64,000 nucleotides of DNA, taken from contig JAUSCZ010000041.1 of assembly GCA_030674475.1 (NCBI GenBank), positions 3,481 through 67,480 on the forward strand, written 5' to 3'. Shown in pieces: positions 47,408 to 55,373 of this stretch. A model generated the notes under the pieces. The model was not told where the DNA came from, made no database searches, and worked only from the letters and a program-made list of their open reading frames with translations. Position numbers and translations under genes: made by a program. Source of the DNA: Candidatus Omnitrophota bacterium (GTDB taxonomy: Bacteria; Omnitrophota; Gorgyraeia; Gygaellales; UBA12090). How positions within the stretch are numbered: the first letter of the stretch is position 1; every line of letters begins with the position of its first letter.

Positions 47408-48274
47408 ATGAACATAAAACTTATTAAAGAGATGTTTAATACTTCTAAACTGCCGATAATAGATTTCGGCTTGGAAGATGTTTCTCAAAAAGCGCAGAAA
47501 TCGGCGGGGAAGTTATCCATTTCCGGGGTTCAGCCGAAATTATCCATGAAGCTTGATAAGAAAAATAATGCGTTAATTTCTGTTGCTGAAGGCGGAGAAT
47601 ATATTTTAAAACCCCAAACCGTGGCTTTCCCGAATATTCCTGAGAATGAACAGTGTTGTATGGACATAGCGGCGGAGTTTAAGATAGCTGTTCCTCCTCA
47701 TTGTCTCTTGCCTTTAAAAGATAAAAGCTGGGCGTATATTGTGAAAAGATTTGACAGGGAATCAGGCGTGAAAATCCATCAGGAAGAATTCTTTCAAATA
47801 TTAGAATCAGGAAATAAATACCAAGGTTCCGTTGAACAAATTGGGCGTAAATTAAAAGAAATATCTACCGCGCCCGGATATGACGTGCAATTATTTTTTG
47901 AGAGGGTTGTCTTTAATTTTATTATTGGAAACGGAGACGCCCATTTAAAGAACTATTCAATCGCGTATAAGGATAAAGAAACTATCCGCTTAACGCCGGC
48001 CTATGATATGGTATGTTCAAAATTGGTGATTCCGGATGAAGAAGATTCCGCCTTATCTATCAACGCCAAAAAGAATGAACTGAAAAGAGATGATTTTGAT
48101 AAGTTGGCGGAGTATTTAAATATACCGATAAGAATTCGCTATGAAAAATTCGAAAAGAGCTTGATTTTAATGGAAACAATAATTAAAAATTCAAAAATTA
48201 AGCAAGAGATTCAGGAGCGATTTATTAACATCATTAAAGAGCGCTTATCACGTATGAACATAGCGGCAGAATAA
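47408..48274 (+). CDS. HipA C-terminal kinase toxin (HipT-like)
   Basis: SISGVQPK, YILKP, ENE, RFDR, GNGDAHLKNYS, LTPAYD. Confidence 0.9.
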   Translation: MNIKLIKEMFNTSKLPIIDFGLEDVSQKAQKSAGKLSISGVQPKLSMKLDKKNNALISVAEGGEYILKPQTVAFPNIPENEQCCMDIAAEFKIAVPPHCLLPLKDKSWAYIVKRFDRESGVKIHQEEFFQILESGNKYQGSVEQIGRKLKEISTAPGYDVQLFFERVVFNFIIGNGDAHLKNYSIAYKDKETIRLTPAYDMVCSKLVIPDEEDSALSINAKKNELKRDDFDKLAEYLNIPIRIRYEKFEKSLILMETIIKNSKIKQEIQERFINIIKERLSRMNIAAE

Positions 48275-48462
48275 AGAAAAGTTTAAAAAGCTTTAAGGGC
48301 CACCCGGACATTAGATACCATCTAATCTTTTCCTTAAAAATTAGAGACAATACTTAATTATTGATTTTATTATTCGATCCCAAATTTTTTCTTCAAAAAT
48401 ATCCCTTATTTGCTTTCCCCTGCCTGGAAAGTAACCATCAAGTTTCAAGACTTAACCTTTTT

Positions 48463-48655
48463 CTTTTCTCCGGCATAGATGCTTTTAGCATCTCAAACAG
48501 CCTGTCTTTGATATTCAGCGATTCCCGCTCCGCTTTTTGGATATTCTTATTTTTTACCATTTCCCGGTCTTTCTTTCAACAATTTCTCTAGGTGATAACT
48601 TTGCATCTTGTTAGGCTTCGATTTACTGTTGAACCACCTATTAACTGTAACGCGG
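48463..48655 (-). pseudogene. fragments: HTH C-terminus and a truncated downstream gene start
   Basis: ...VTVNRWFNSKSKPNKMQSYHLEKLLK* overlapping MVKNKNIQKAERESLNIKDRLFEMLKASMPE, cut by repeat C. Confidence 0.4.
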
Positions 48656-48833
48656 AAAATCTGCGATAGGTTTCTTACTTTCTAAGATATTTATGATCAA
48701 AATAAAAAGGATAAATTTTATCCCTTAACAAGATGGTTCCAATTGCTATGAGAGCTATACCACAATATGTTAAGAATGTTCCCATGTCTTCCTTTTCTCC
48801 GTTTCGAACTCTCCGCGCGTGTTCTCTTTACGC

Positions 48834-49475
48834 CTAAGAAGTTAAGAATCGATTTAATTCATTTACTAAAAAATGCACAGTCGTAGAAGGTCTCCTTAAG
48901 CTAGCTGTATGAATAGGCAGATATTGTGACATTAGTTTTTCAGCGTTTCTTATGCCATCATTCTGTTTGCTTAGAATAAGATCATACATTTCTATGCTAT
49001 TCTTTGTATAGGGCTTCCCTAATAACTCACTTAGTCTTTTGATGTATTCGGGACGATTCCTAGCATTTTGCGTATAATGGAAATGAAGCAAATACCATAA
49101 TTCAAAACACTCATTTGAGTAAGCAATATTGATTTTGTGTTTTCTTGCTAGTGAAATAGCCTTTTCAAAATTTTTATCCGGGTTGTCGTCTTTATCAAAC
49201 ACACACCAAATTTGGTCAAATTTTATACCATATCTTGCAGCCGCTTCTTTATGCTTTATTGTTTTTTCTACAAGAGACACTGTGTTATCGCCTATCCCAA
49301 ATATTTCATCTTCTACCTGAGAGGAAGTTAAACGAAAACTTCGAAAATAATTTGGTTCAGTTTTTTCGCCCTCACAGATAATTAGAAACGTTTCTCGCAC
49401 AGGTTTGACAGCGACCCTTCGCTTAAGAATTCCCGACTGTTTTCTTTTCCAAAACGCGCTATCCGGCTCTTTCAT
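48834..49475 (-). CDS. RloB family protein (AbiLii-like)
   Basis: LIICEGEKTEPNYF, IWCVFDKD, AYSNECFELWYLLHF, PSTTVH.LV. Confidence 0.9.
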   Translation of the reverse strand: MKEPDSAFWKRKQSGILKRRVAVKPVRETFLIICEGEKTEPNYFRSFRLTSSQVEDEIFGIGDNTVSLVEKTIKHKEAAARYGIKFDQIWCVFDKDDNPDKNFEKAISLARKHKINIAYSNECFELWYLLHFHYTQNARNRPEYIKRLSELLGKPYTKNSIEMYDLILSKQNDGIRNAEKLMSQYLPIHTASLRRPSTTVHFLVNELNRFLTS

Positions 49476-50722
49476 CTTTTAAATAAAGAATTGGTTCCTT
49501 TTACAACTGGGATCGCTCCGTATTTTCCTGCTATATAATCTTTCTCAAAAGATGCGTCATTCCTAACCTTGTATTCTACTAAAGAGTATAAATCTGTGGC
49601 TCCGTATTTATTTTTTTCGGTAAGCCATATTTGATCTCTCCTAAAAATGGCCCGGTTAAATAAATTGGTGTTATGCGAAACAAAAACTAGTTGAGCATTA
49701 TTAGGGTTATTCTCCCTGGAATTAAATAACTCTATTAAGAATTTAATTAAAATAGGATGCAATTTGGCATCCAGTTCATCTATTACTAACACATTGCCTT
49801 TTTTTAGCGTATCTAATATTGGAGCTGAGATAGCAAAGAATTTTTTTGTGCCAGCCGATTCTTCGAAATCAAAATCAAATTTTTCTAACTGAAAGGTTTT
49901 ATTATCAATATCGTACTTCTTATGAAAAGCATTAATTTTAAAGTCTACAAGCTCATCATCGGGTTTAATTTTGGTTTTTATTCCATCGGGCAGATCCTCA
50001 ATCCTTATTTTTGTTTCCTCAATACCAACATCCTCTATGCCTAAATCCGCAAATTTCGTAAATTTCATAATTTCATTTTTGAATTCAGTATCTTGAAGTT
50101 TTCTTAATGTAAATTCTAAATAACTAGTATCTGTTAAGGCGGTAAGGACCTTAAATTTTTTAAACCACTGGAATATTTTTCCGGCTATCGGACCATTAAA
50201 TTGAGCAACAACGGATAGAAAAAGTGCATTATCCCTGGTTTTATCTTTAAGCCCCTTGCCTTCCTTGAAATGGCCCCCAATAGTAAAATTATCAGGCTCT
50301 CTTATAAATAATCTTGTTTCTTTTCTTATTGGAACATAGAAAAGCCACTCTCTATGTATTTTTTCTTTATCGGCCTGAAAGCCATATCGGTATCTAATTC
50401 TTTCATGCATAAAAATAATTTCAAAGGTGCTGGGTTGATTTTCTGTTTCAGTACTAAGCTTAAATCTAGTAACTTTTATTTTGTCGGTAACATCTTTTGT
50501 CGAAAACAGAACAAAGGATTTTACAAAACGCATTGCTTGGATTAAATTAGACTTTCCGCTAGCATTTGCGCCATAAATAACAGCGTTCTTCAACAGCCTT
50601 AATTTATCTTTGGCAATAAATGTATTCGTTTCTTCATGCTCTTTCCTTGCTGTTGCCATCAGACTTATGGTGGCTATGTCTTTAAATGATTTAAAGTTGC
50701 CTACGCTAAATTGTATTAGCAT
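49472..50722 (-). CDS. AAA_21 ATPase RloA (AbiLi-like)
   Basis: IYGANASGKSN, ESAGT, VIDELDAKLHP, RRDQIW, GKYGAIP. Confidence 0.9.
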   Translation of the reverse strand: MLIQFSVGNFKSFKDIATISLMATARKEHEETNTFIAKDKLRLLKNAVIYGANASGKSNLIQAMRFVKSFVLFSTKDVTDKIKVTRFKLSTETENQPSTFEIIFMHERIRYRYGFQADKEKIHREWLFYVPIRKETRLFIREPDNFTIGGHFKEGKGLKDKTRDNALFLSVVAQFNGPIAGKIFQWFKKFKVLTALTDTSYLEFTLRKLQDTEFKNEIMKFTKFADLGIEDVGIEETKIRIEDLPDGIKTKIKPDDELVDFKINAFHKKYDIDNKTFQLEKFDFDFEESAGTKKFFAISAPILDTLKKGNVLVIDELDAKLHPILIKFLIELFNSRENNPNNAQLVFVSHNTNLFNRAIFRRDQIWLTEKNKYGATDLYSLVEYKVRNDASFEKDYIAGKYGAIPVVKGTNSLFKR

Positions 50723-50902
50723 GATTCGCTCCTTTTCCAGTATTACGTGTCATTAATTATATAATAGATGGCTAATTTCACCTAAAATTGCAAAAAATGA
50801 GTTTATAGTCTACTTTTTTAAGTATATAACAAATATACATCAAAAATTTAAAATGTCAACATTTTTTGTGAAATATTCTCAAAAAATAAGTTTATTTATA
50901 TA

Positions 50903-51041
50903 TGCGCGGCTAGATAGCCGTCCTAATTTCTATGTGAATTCAAGAGGTAGGAGGTTTCAGGGTTATTCCGCGAGAGGCTCGGCATGCCACACCACCGAGT
51001 TTTGCAACAGTCCCAAGATGCACGCCGGCTGAATCCGGAGA
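50903..51041 (-). other. GC-rich structured non-coding segment, possibly the non-coding end of an IS110-type element
   Basis: GC-rich island in AT-rich spacer; CTCGGTGGTGTGGCATGCCGAG hairpin; no ORF; family assignment is from recollection only. Confidence 0.3.
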
Positions 51042-51046
51042 AAGGC

Positions 51047-52588
51047 TTATTTTTTCCTTAATATCCATTGAATGACCTTTTTGATTTCGGCTAAATCCAG
51101 GATAAGCGCGCCTAAGATAAAAATTAGCAGGCCGGAGAGCGCCGCGGCGCTTACTCTCACTAAAGGCGGGGCGCTAATTAGACACCGGCCATAAACATAA
51201 AAACTGGCCCCGGAGGCTATCAAAGAAAAAAAGAGAATCTTGGCGAAAACCTGGCTTAAATACCGGCCGTTAAGCGGGCCGATCTTTTTTCTTAAAGAAT
51301 GAAAAAGGATAAAAAAATTAATGCCTCCGGATAAGCTGGTAGCTAAAGCCAAGCCCTTTAATTTTAAAGGATACATCAGGATAAGATTAAAAACGATATT
51401 GACTAAAAGCGAGGCCGCGGTTATCTTAAGCGGGGTTTTGGTATCCTTAAGAGAAAAGAATCCCGAAACCAGCACCTTGTTGGCGGCATAAAAACTCAAG
51501 GATAAGGCGTAAAACAAAAGCGCTCCGGAGGTAATCTCGGTGGAATAGGCGTCAAATCTCCCCCCTTCAAACAAGGCCGCGACTATCGGCTTAGCCAAAA
51601 CGGCTATTAGGGCGGAAACCGGAAGCATAATCAAAAAAACAGCAATTAAGGAAAAATTCAGGGTCTTCTTAAAATTATCCAGATTATCCTCCAGCGCCTG
51701 ATGAGATAAAGACGGTAAGGCCGCCTGGGCAATGGCTATCCCGAATATGCCTAAGGGAAATTGAAAAATCCGGTTGGCAAAATATAAGGCGGAAATCGCT
51801 CCCTGGCCTACGATATGAGCCAGAGAACCGAGTATCGTATCCACAAAGAGATTAAGCTGATAAATACAAGAACTGAATATCCGGGGGAGAATCAGTTTTC
51901 CGATTTGCCTGATCCCGGGATGCCGCAACTCCAGTGCCGGACGGTAGCGGAAGCCTTTTTTATAAAGCATCGGTATCTGCACCGCTAACTGTCCTACCCC
52001 CCCGGCCAAGACTCCCAAAGCCAGGCCTAGTGTTCCCTCTCCGTAAGCAACAGCAAAAACGATTATAGAAATATTCAAAAGGCAGGGGGCCAAGGCTGAG
52101 ATAGTGAAAGACTTAAGAGAATTCAACACCCCCATACAATAGGCGCTCAAGGCAATCAATAGTAAATAAGGATAGATAATTCTGGTCAGCCGGACTGTTT
52201 CCTGGAACTTTAACGCGTCAGAGCTAAAACCGGGGGCAATCAGGCGCACAATCCAGGGAGAAAACACTACCCCCAGGATAGTAAGCGCCGCCAGGATGAC
52301 CAGGAGGATATTCAATAAGCAATTAGCCAAATGCCAGAATTCCTCTTTTGATTTTTTGGCCGCGTATTCGCTGAATACCGGGACAAAGGCCGCGTTCACC
52401 GCTCCCTCGGCCACCATATCCCGCAAGAGATTAGGAATCCTGAAGGCCACCACAAAGGCCTGAGAATACATACCCGTGCCGAAGAACCGGGCAATCACCA
52501 CATCCCGGATAAAACCGAGTATCCGCGAGCACAAAGTAAAAAAACCGATTAAGGAAGCCGATCGGGCAATTTCTTTATTGGTTGACAT
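51047..52588 (-). CDS. murJ: lipid II flippase MurJ
   Basis: SRILGFIRD, AFRIPNLLR..AEGA, R.FQFPLG, DTKTP. Confidence 0.95.
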   Translation of the reverse strand: MSTNKEIARSASLIGFFTLCSRILGFIRDVVIARFFGTGMYSQAFVVAFRIPNLLRDMVAEGAVNAAFVPVFSEYAAKKSKEEFWHLANCLLNILLVILAALTILGVVFSPWIVRLIAPGFSSDALKFQETVRLTRIIYPYLLLIALSAYCMGVLNSLKSFTISALAPCLLNISIIVFAVAYGEGTLGLALGVLAGGVGQLAVQIPMLYKKGFRYRPALELRHPGIRQIGKLILPRIFSSCIYQLNLFVDTILGSLAHIVGQGAISALYFANRIFQFPLGIFGIAIAQAALPSLSHQALEDNLDNFKKTLNFSLIAVFLIMLPVSALIAVLAKPIVAALFEGGRFDAYSTEITSGALLFYALSLSFYAANKVLVSGFFSLKDTKTPLKITAASLLVNIVFNLILMYPLKLKGLALATSLSGGINFFILFHSLRKKIGPLNGRYLSQVFAKILFFSLIASGASFYVYGRCLISAPPLVRVSAAALSGLLIFILGALILDLAEIKKVIQWILRKK

Positions 52589-52726
52589 TTTAGGTTAAAT
52601 ATGCTATAAAAATAACCAATATGTAATTATAAAGGTTAAGACCAAGGTCAAGGTTAAACTTGTCTCAACCTTGACCTCAACCTCAACCTTTTCATTTAAC
52701 AATTTACTGTAACACAGGAGGAATAA

Positions 52727-53011
52727 ATGGCTCCACGTAGACGCCAATCGCTAAAAGCGCAGCGCAAGGACAAAAAAAGACACACCCGCAATCACCAGGT
52801 AAAAACAGCACTCAAGAAAACCCTCAAGAAATTAGAAGTTTCTTTCACCGAGAAAAAAACAGCAGAGGCCGCGCAAACGCTTAAAGAGGCAATTTCTAAG
52901 CTGGCTAAGGCCGCCAAAAAAGGCGTCCTGCACAAAAACACCGCCCAGCGCAAAATCTCCCGTCTAAGCAGAAGATTAGTTAAAATAGTTAAATTAGGCC
53001 AGGCCGCATAA
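52727..53011 (+). CDS. rpsT: 30S ribosomal protein S20
   Basis: RN...KTALKK, KAAKKGVLHKNTAQRKISRL; AGGAGG RBS. Confidence 0.93.
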   Translation: MAPRRRQSLKAQRKDKKRHTRNHQVKTALKKTLKKLEVSFTEKKTAEAAQTLKEAISKLAKAAKKGVLHKNTAQRKISRLSRRLVKIVKLGQAA

Positions 53012-53659
53012 TTTCACTACCAGGACCTCTAAGGCAAACTCGGGTTTAACTTTGCCGGTTTTTAGGTTAAGGTCGGCTTCCATCAAGAGGCCGACCTTTT
53101 CTTTTTTCTCTTTTAACTTTAAGCTGTCTGTGGCGGATGAGAAAGAATCGCTTTTAACAAACCGATAACGCAAAGCTCCCAAAATCATCTCCGGCTTTTC
53201 TCCGTTTCTAAACAAATCTACCAGTAGATTTAAAGCAAAGGATGCGTCTTTTCTCTCAATAGCCCTGGCTAAACCAAAGGCGTCAATCTTATCTTTAGCC
53301 TTAAAAGGAATGACTTTGCCGTATCTGGAGATTTTATTAAAAAACGCGCTTTCCGCTTTAGGGATAAGGGCGGCCTCTAAAATCAGGATTAAGTCTTCAG
53401 GCAGTTTTTCTATTTGAGCCGCGAAATAATCCTTGAGCTCGTCTTTAAGTTTAAAGACATCTTTAATTACCATTATTCTTTGGGGGGATTCCAGGGGTAG
53501 GCGGCTGAGGGCTTCTTTAAACAGGGGGAGGGTTAGTTCTTTAGCGTAAAAGGATTCACAATTAAAATCCTCAAAGCCTTTTTTAAGTAACTCACTTTTT
53601 AAAGAATTTATTTTTTCCTGCTTGGCGGGTTCATCTTCTCCGATAAAAAAATAAAGCAT
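52994..53659 (-). CDS. holA: DNA polymerase III delta subunit (short form)
   Basis: MLYFFIGED, EADLNLKTG...ALE; leuS-lptE-holA-rpsT synteny. Confidence 0.8.
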   Translation of the reverse strand: MLYFFIGEDEPAKQEKINSLKSELLKKGFEDFNCESFYAKELTLPLFKEALSRLPLESPQRIMVIKDVFKLKDELKDYFAAQIEKLPEDLILILEAALIPKAESAFFNKISRYGKVIPFKAKDKIDAFGLARAIERKDASFALNLLVDLFRNGEKPEMILGALRYRFVKSDSFSSATDSLKLKEKKEKVGLLMEADLNLKTGKVKPEFALEVLVVKLCGLA

Positions 53660-53675
53660 CTTAACGTAGGCAAAA

Positions 53676-54233
53676 TTACCAATTCTCAACTAAGCGCTCC
53701 AGCACCCGCCGGGCCAAATCGGCTATGGCCAGGTCAAGAGCGGCCTTCTCGGTCTTAGCCTGGGTGCCGGTGATAAAATAAGTCGCGTCTCCCACAAAAT
53801 TAGGTTCCTCCCAGAGAGGGGTTTCCTCCCCCTTTTTTAAGAGGACCAGGCGCATTATCAGGCTAACGCGGTATTCGGCAACATCCTCCTGGTTATTCTC
53901 ATAACGCAGGGCATCCCGCTGGTAGTTAATCAAATCGCCCTTGAGAACTATATCCGCGTCTTCTTTCTTGGCCACGCGCATTCCTCCATCAAACATGAAA
54001 CGGTTGATAACCGCGGCGCGGATGTCATTTTCTAACAGCGGATGATAGGTCCGGAATCTCTGCCCCAGTCCGGTGGCATCCTCGGAAAGCAGATCAACCT
54101 TATTAGCAAATGGCTCAACAAAGATAGTTTTATACGGTCCCCGGTAAATCGTGCGGCTGGTATAGCCGCAGCCGAACAAAGCAGAAAGCAGAAAGCAGAA
54201 AGCAGAAAGCGAAAAAAGATTGCGTTTTTTCAT
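53676..54233 (-). CDS. lptE: LPS assembly lipoprotein LptE family
   Basis: Lipobox LFGCGY, TIFVEPFAN, C-terminal LA..V...VENW; (GCAGAAA)x4 in the signal peptide. Confidence 0.75.
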   Translation of the reverse strand: MKKRNLFSLSAFCFLLSALFGCGYTSRTIYRGPYKTIFVEPFANKVDLLSEDATGLGQRFRTYHPLLENDIRAAVINRFMFDGGMRVAKKEDADIVLKGDLINYQRDALRYENNQEDVAEYRVSLIMRLVLLKKGEETPLWEEPNFVGDATYFITGTQAKTEKAALDLAIADLARRVLERLVENW

Positions 54234-55180
54234 TGTGTCTCCAATTCTTTAAGCGCCTCTCTGGCCGGGGTGGCGCTGGCGCAATAAGGGCATTTTTCTA
54301 TTATTTCCTGATAATAAACCTTGGCCGCCGCGTATTTTTTCTGCTTCTTGTAAAAATCAGCTATTTTTAAATTGCCCGCGGCCTCTTTTTCCTTTAAGCT
54401 GTCAATCTGTTTACCCGCGTCTTTGGCCAGATTCTCCTGGGGGCGCGATTTAACAAACTCTTCAAATTCTTCCCTGGCCTTCTTGGTAAGCTCCTGGTCA
54501 TAGTCTGCCTTGGGAGCTATCCTGGTGGCGCAATCAGCCGACTGAAATCTTGCCTGGGAGGCCCATTGGCTTTCCGGATAGGTAGTCCCCACCTTATCAA
54601 ATTCCTCCCGGGCCTCCTGGAAGCGGCTGGAATCCTTTAAGGTCATTCCCAGAAGATACTGGGCATAGGCGGCTTGCTTTCCATACGCTGAATTGTCTAC
54701 CACTTTGCGAAATATCTCAATGGCCGGATTTTCTACCGGAAGCTCCACTCCCATGGCCTTTCTTTTTTCACCCGACATAAAAACCTGGGCTATTTTTAAT
54801 TCCTTCTCAATTATCTGATCCATCCGGCCGGAAAACGGATATTTATCAATCACCTTCTGATAAGCCAGATAGGCCTCGTAGAGCTTCTTGTTGTCAGCCT
54901 CAAGGCTCAAGCCGATATAAAACTGGGCGTCAGGCGCCTCAAAGGCCTTAGGGTAATACTTAATCAGCTTGCGGCATTCCTCAATCGTCTCTTTGTATTT
55001 GGCCTGCTGGTAGAGTTCCTGGATGAATTTCAACTGCTCTTTGGGATTAGGTTTGACGCTGGCCTTGGGGTTCGCCCAGCGGCTGGATTCGGGGGTCCAG
55101 ATCCAAAAAGGATAAGCGGATTGAATACTGCAGGATAAAAAAAGAGTGAAAACCGCTAATATCAAGCCAATTCTTCTCAT
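54230..55180 (-). CDS. bamD: BamD/YfiO family TPR protein
   Basis: TPR repeats, DYDQE.T..A..EFEEF, IADFY.KQKKY.AA.VYY. Confidence 0.78.
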   Translation of the reverse strand: MRRIGLILAVFTLFLSCSIQSAYPFWIWTPESSRWANPKASVKPNPKEQLKFIQELYQQAKYKETIEECRKLIKYYPKAFEAPDAQFYIGLSLEADNKKLYEAYLAYQKVIDKYPFSGRMDQIIEKELKIAQVFMSGEKRKAMGVELPVENPAIEIFRKVVDNSAYGKQAAYAQYLLGMTLKDSSRFQEAREEFDKVGTTYPESQWASQARFQSADCATRIAPKADYDQELTKKAREEFEEFVKSRPQENLAKDAGKQIDSLKEKEAAGNLKIADFYKKQKKYAAAKVYYQEIIEKCPYCASATPAREALKELETQ

Positions 55181-55238
55181 AGCGATTTTTACTCTATCAT
55201 AGAAAAGAGATTTTGTCAAACCAAAGAGAAGCGCTATT

Positions 55239-55370
55239 GTAATGCGTCAGCGAAAGGGGGCAATTTATAAAATGTGTCATTGCGAGGCGCGAAGCGAAGC
55301 AATCCCGTCGGAAAGATTGCTTCGCTTCGCTCGCAATGACGCCAGCCGCCCCCGTTTAGTGACCGATTAC
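55239..55370. mobile_element. 132-bp MITE with GTAA ends and 8-bp target duplication GCGCTATT
   Basis: Ends GTAATGCGTCAGCGAAAGGGGGC and (reverse complement) GTAATCGGTCACTAAACGGGGGC; duplication at 55231-38 and 55371-78; internal GTCATTGCGAG...CTCGCAATGAC hairpin. Confidence 0.88.
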
Positions 55371-55373
55371 GCG

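Noticed and set aside
47217-47411. 64-aa ORF between the hipA halves (and the 149-aa antisense ORF)
   Set aside because: Coincides with the MITE bounded by inverted ends and a 9-bp duplication.
43995-48591. Paralogous-looking ORFs MILLFDP... at 43995 and 48361
   Set aside because: They are translations of the non-coding dispersed repeat.
50903-51041. 6S RNA, tRNA or group II intron fragment
   Set aside because: I could not find the end-to-end rod of 6S, a cloverleaf with TTC loop, or intron domain V; left as unclassified.
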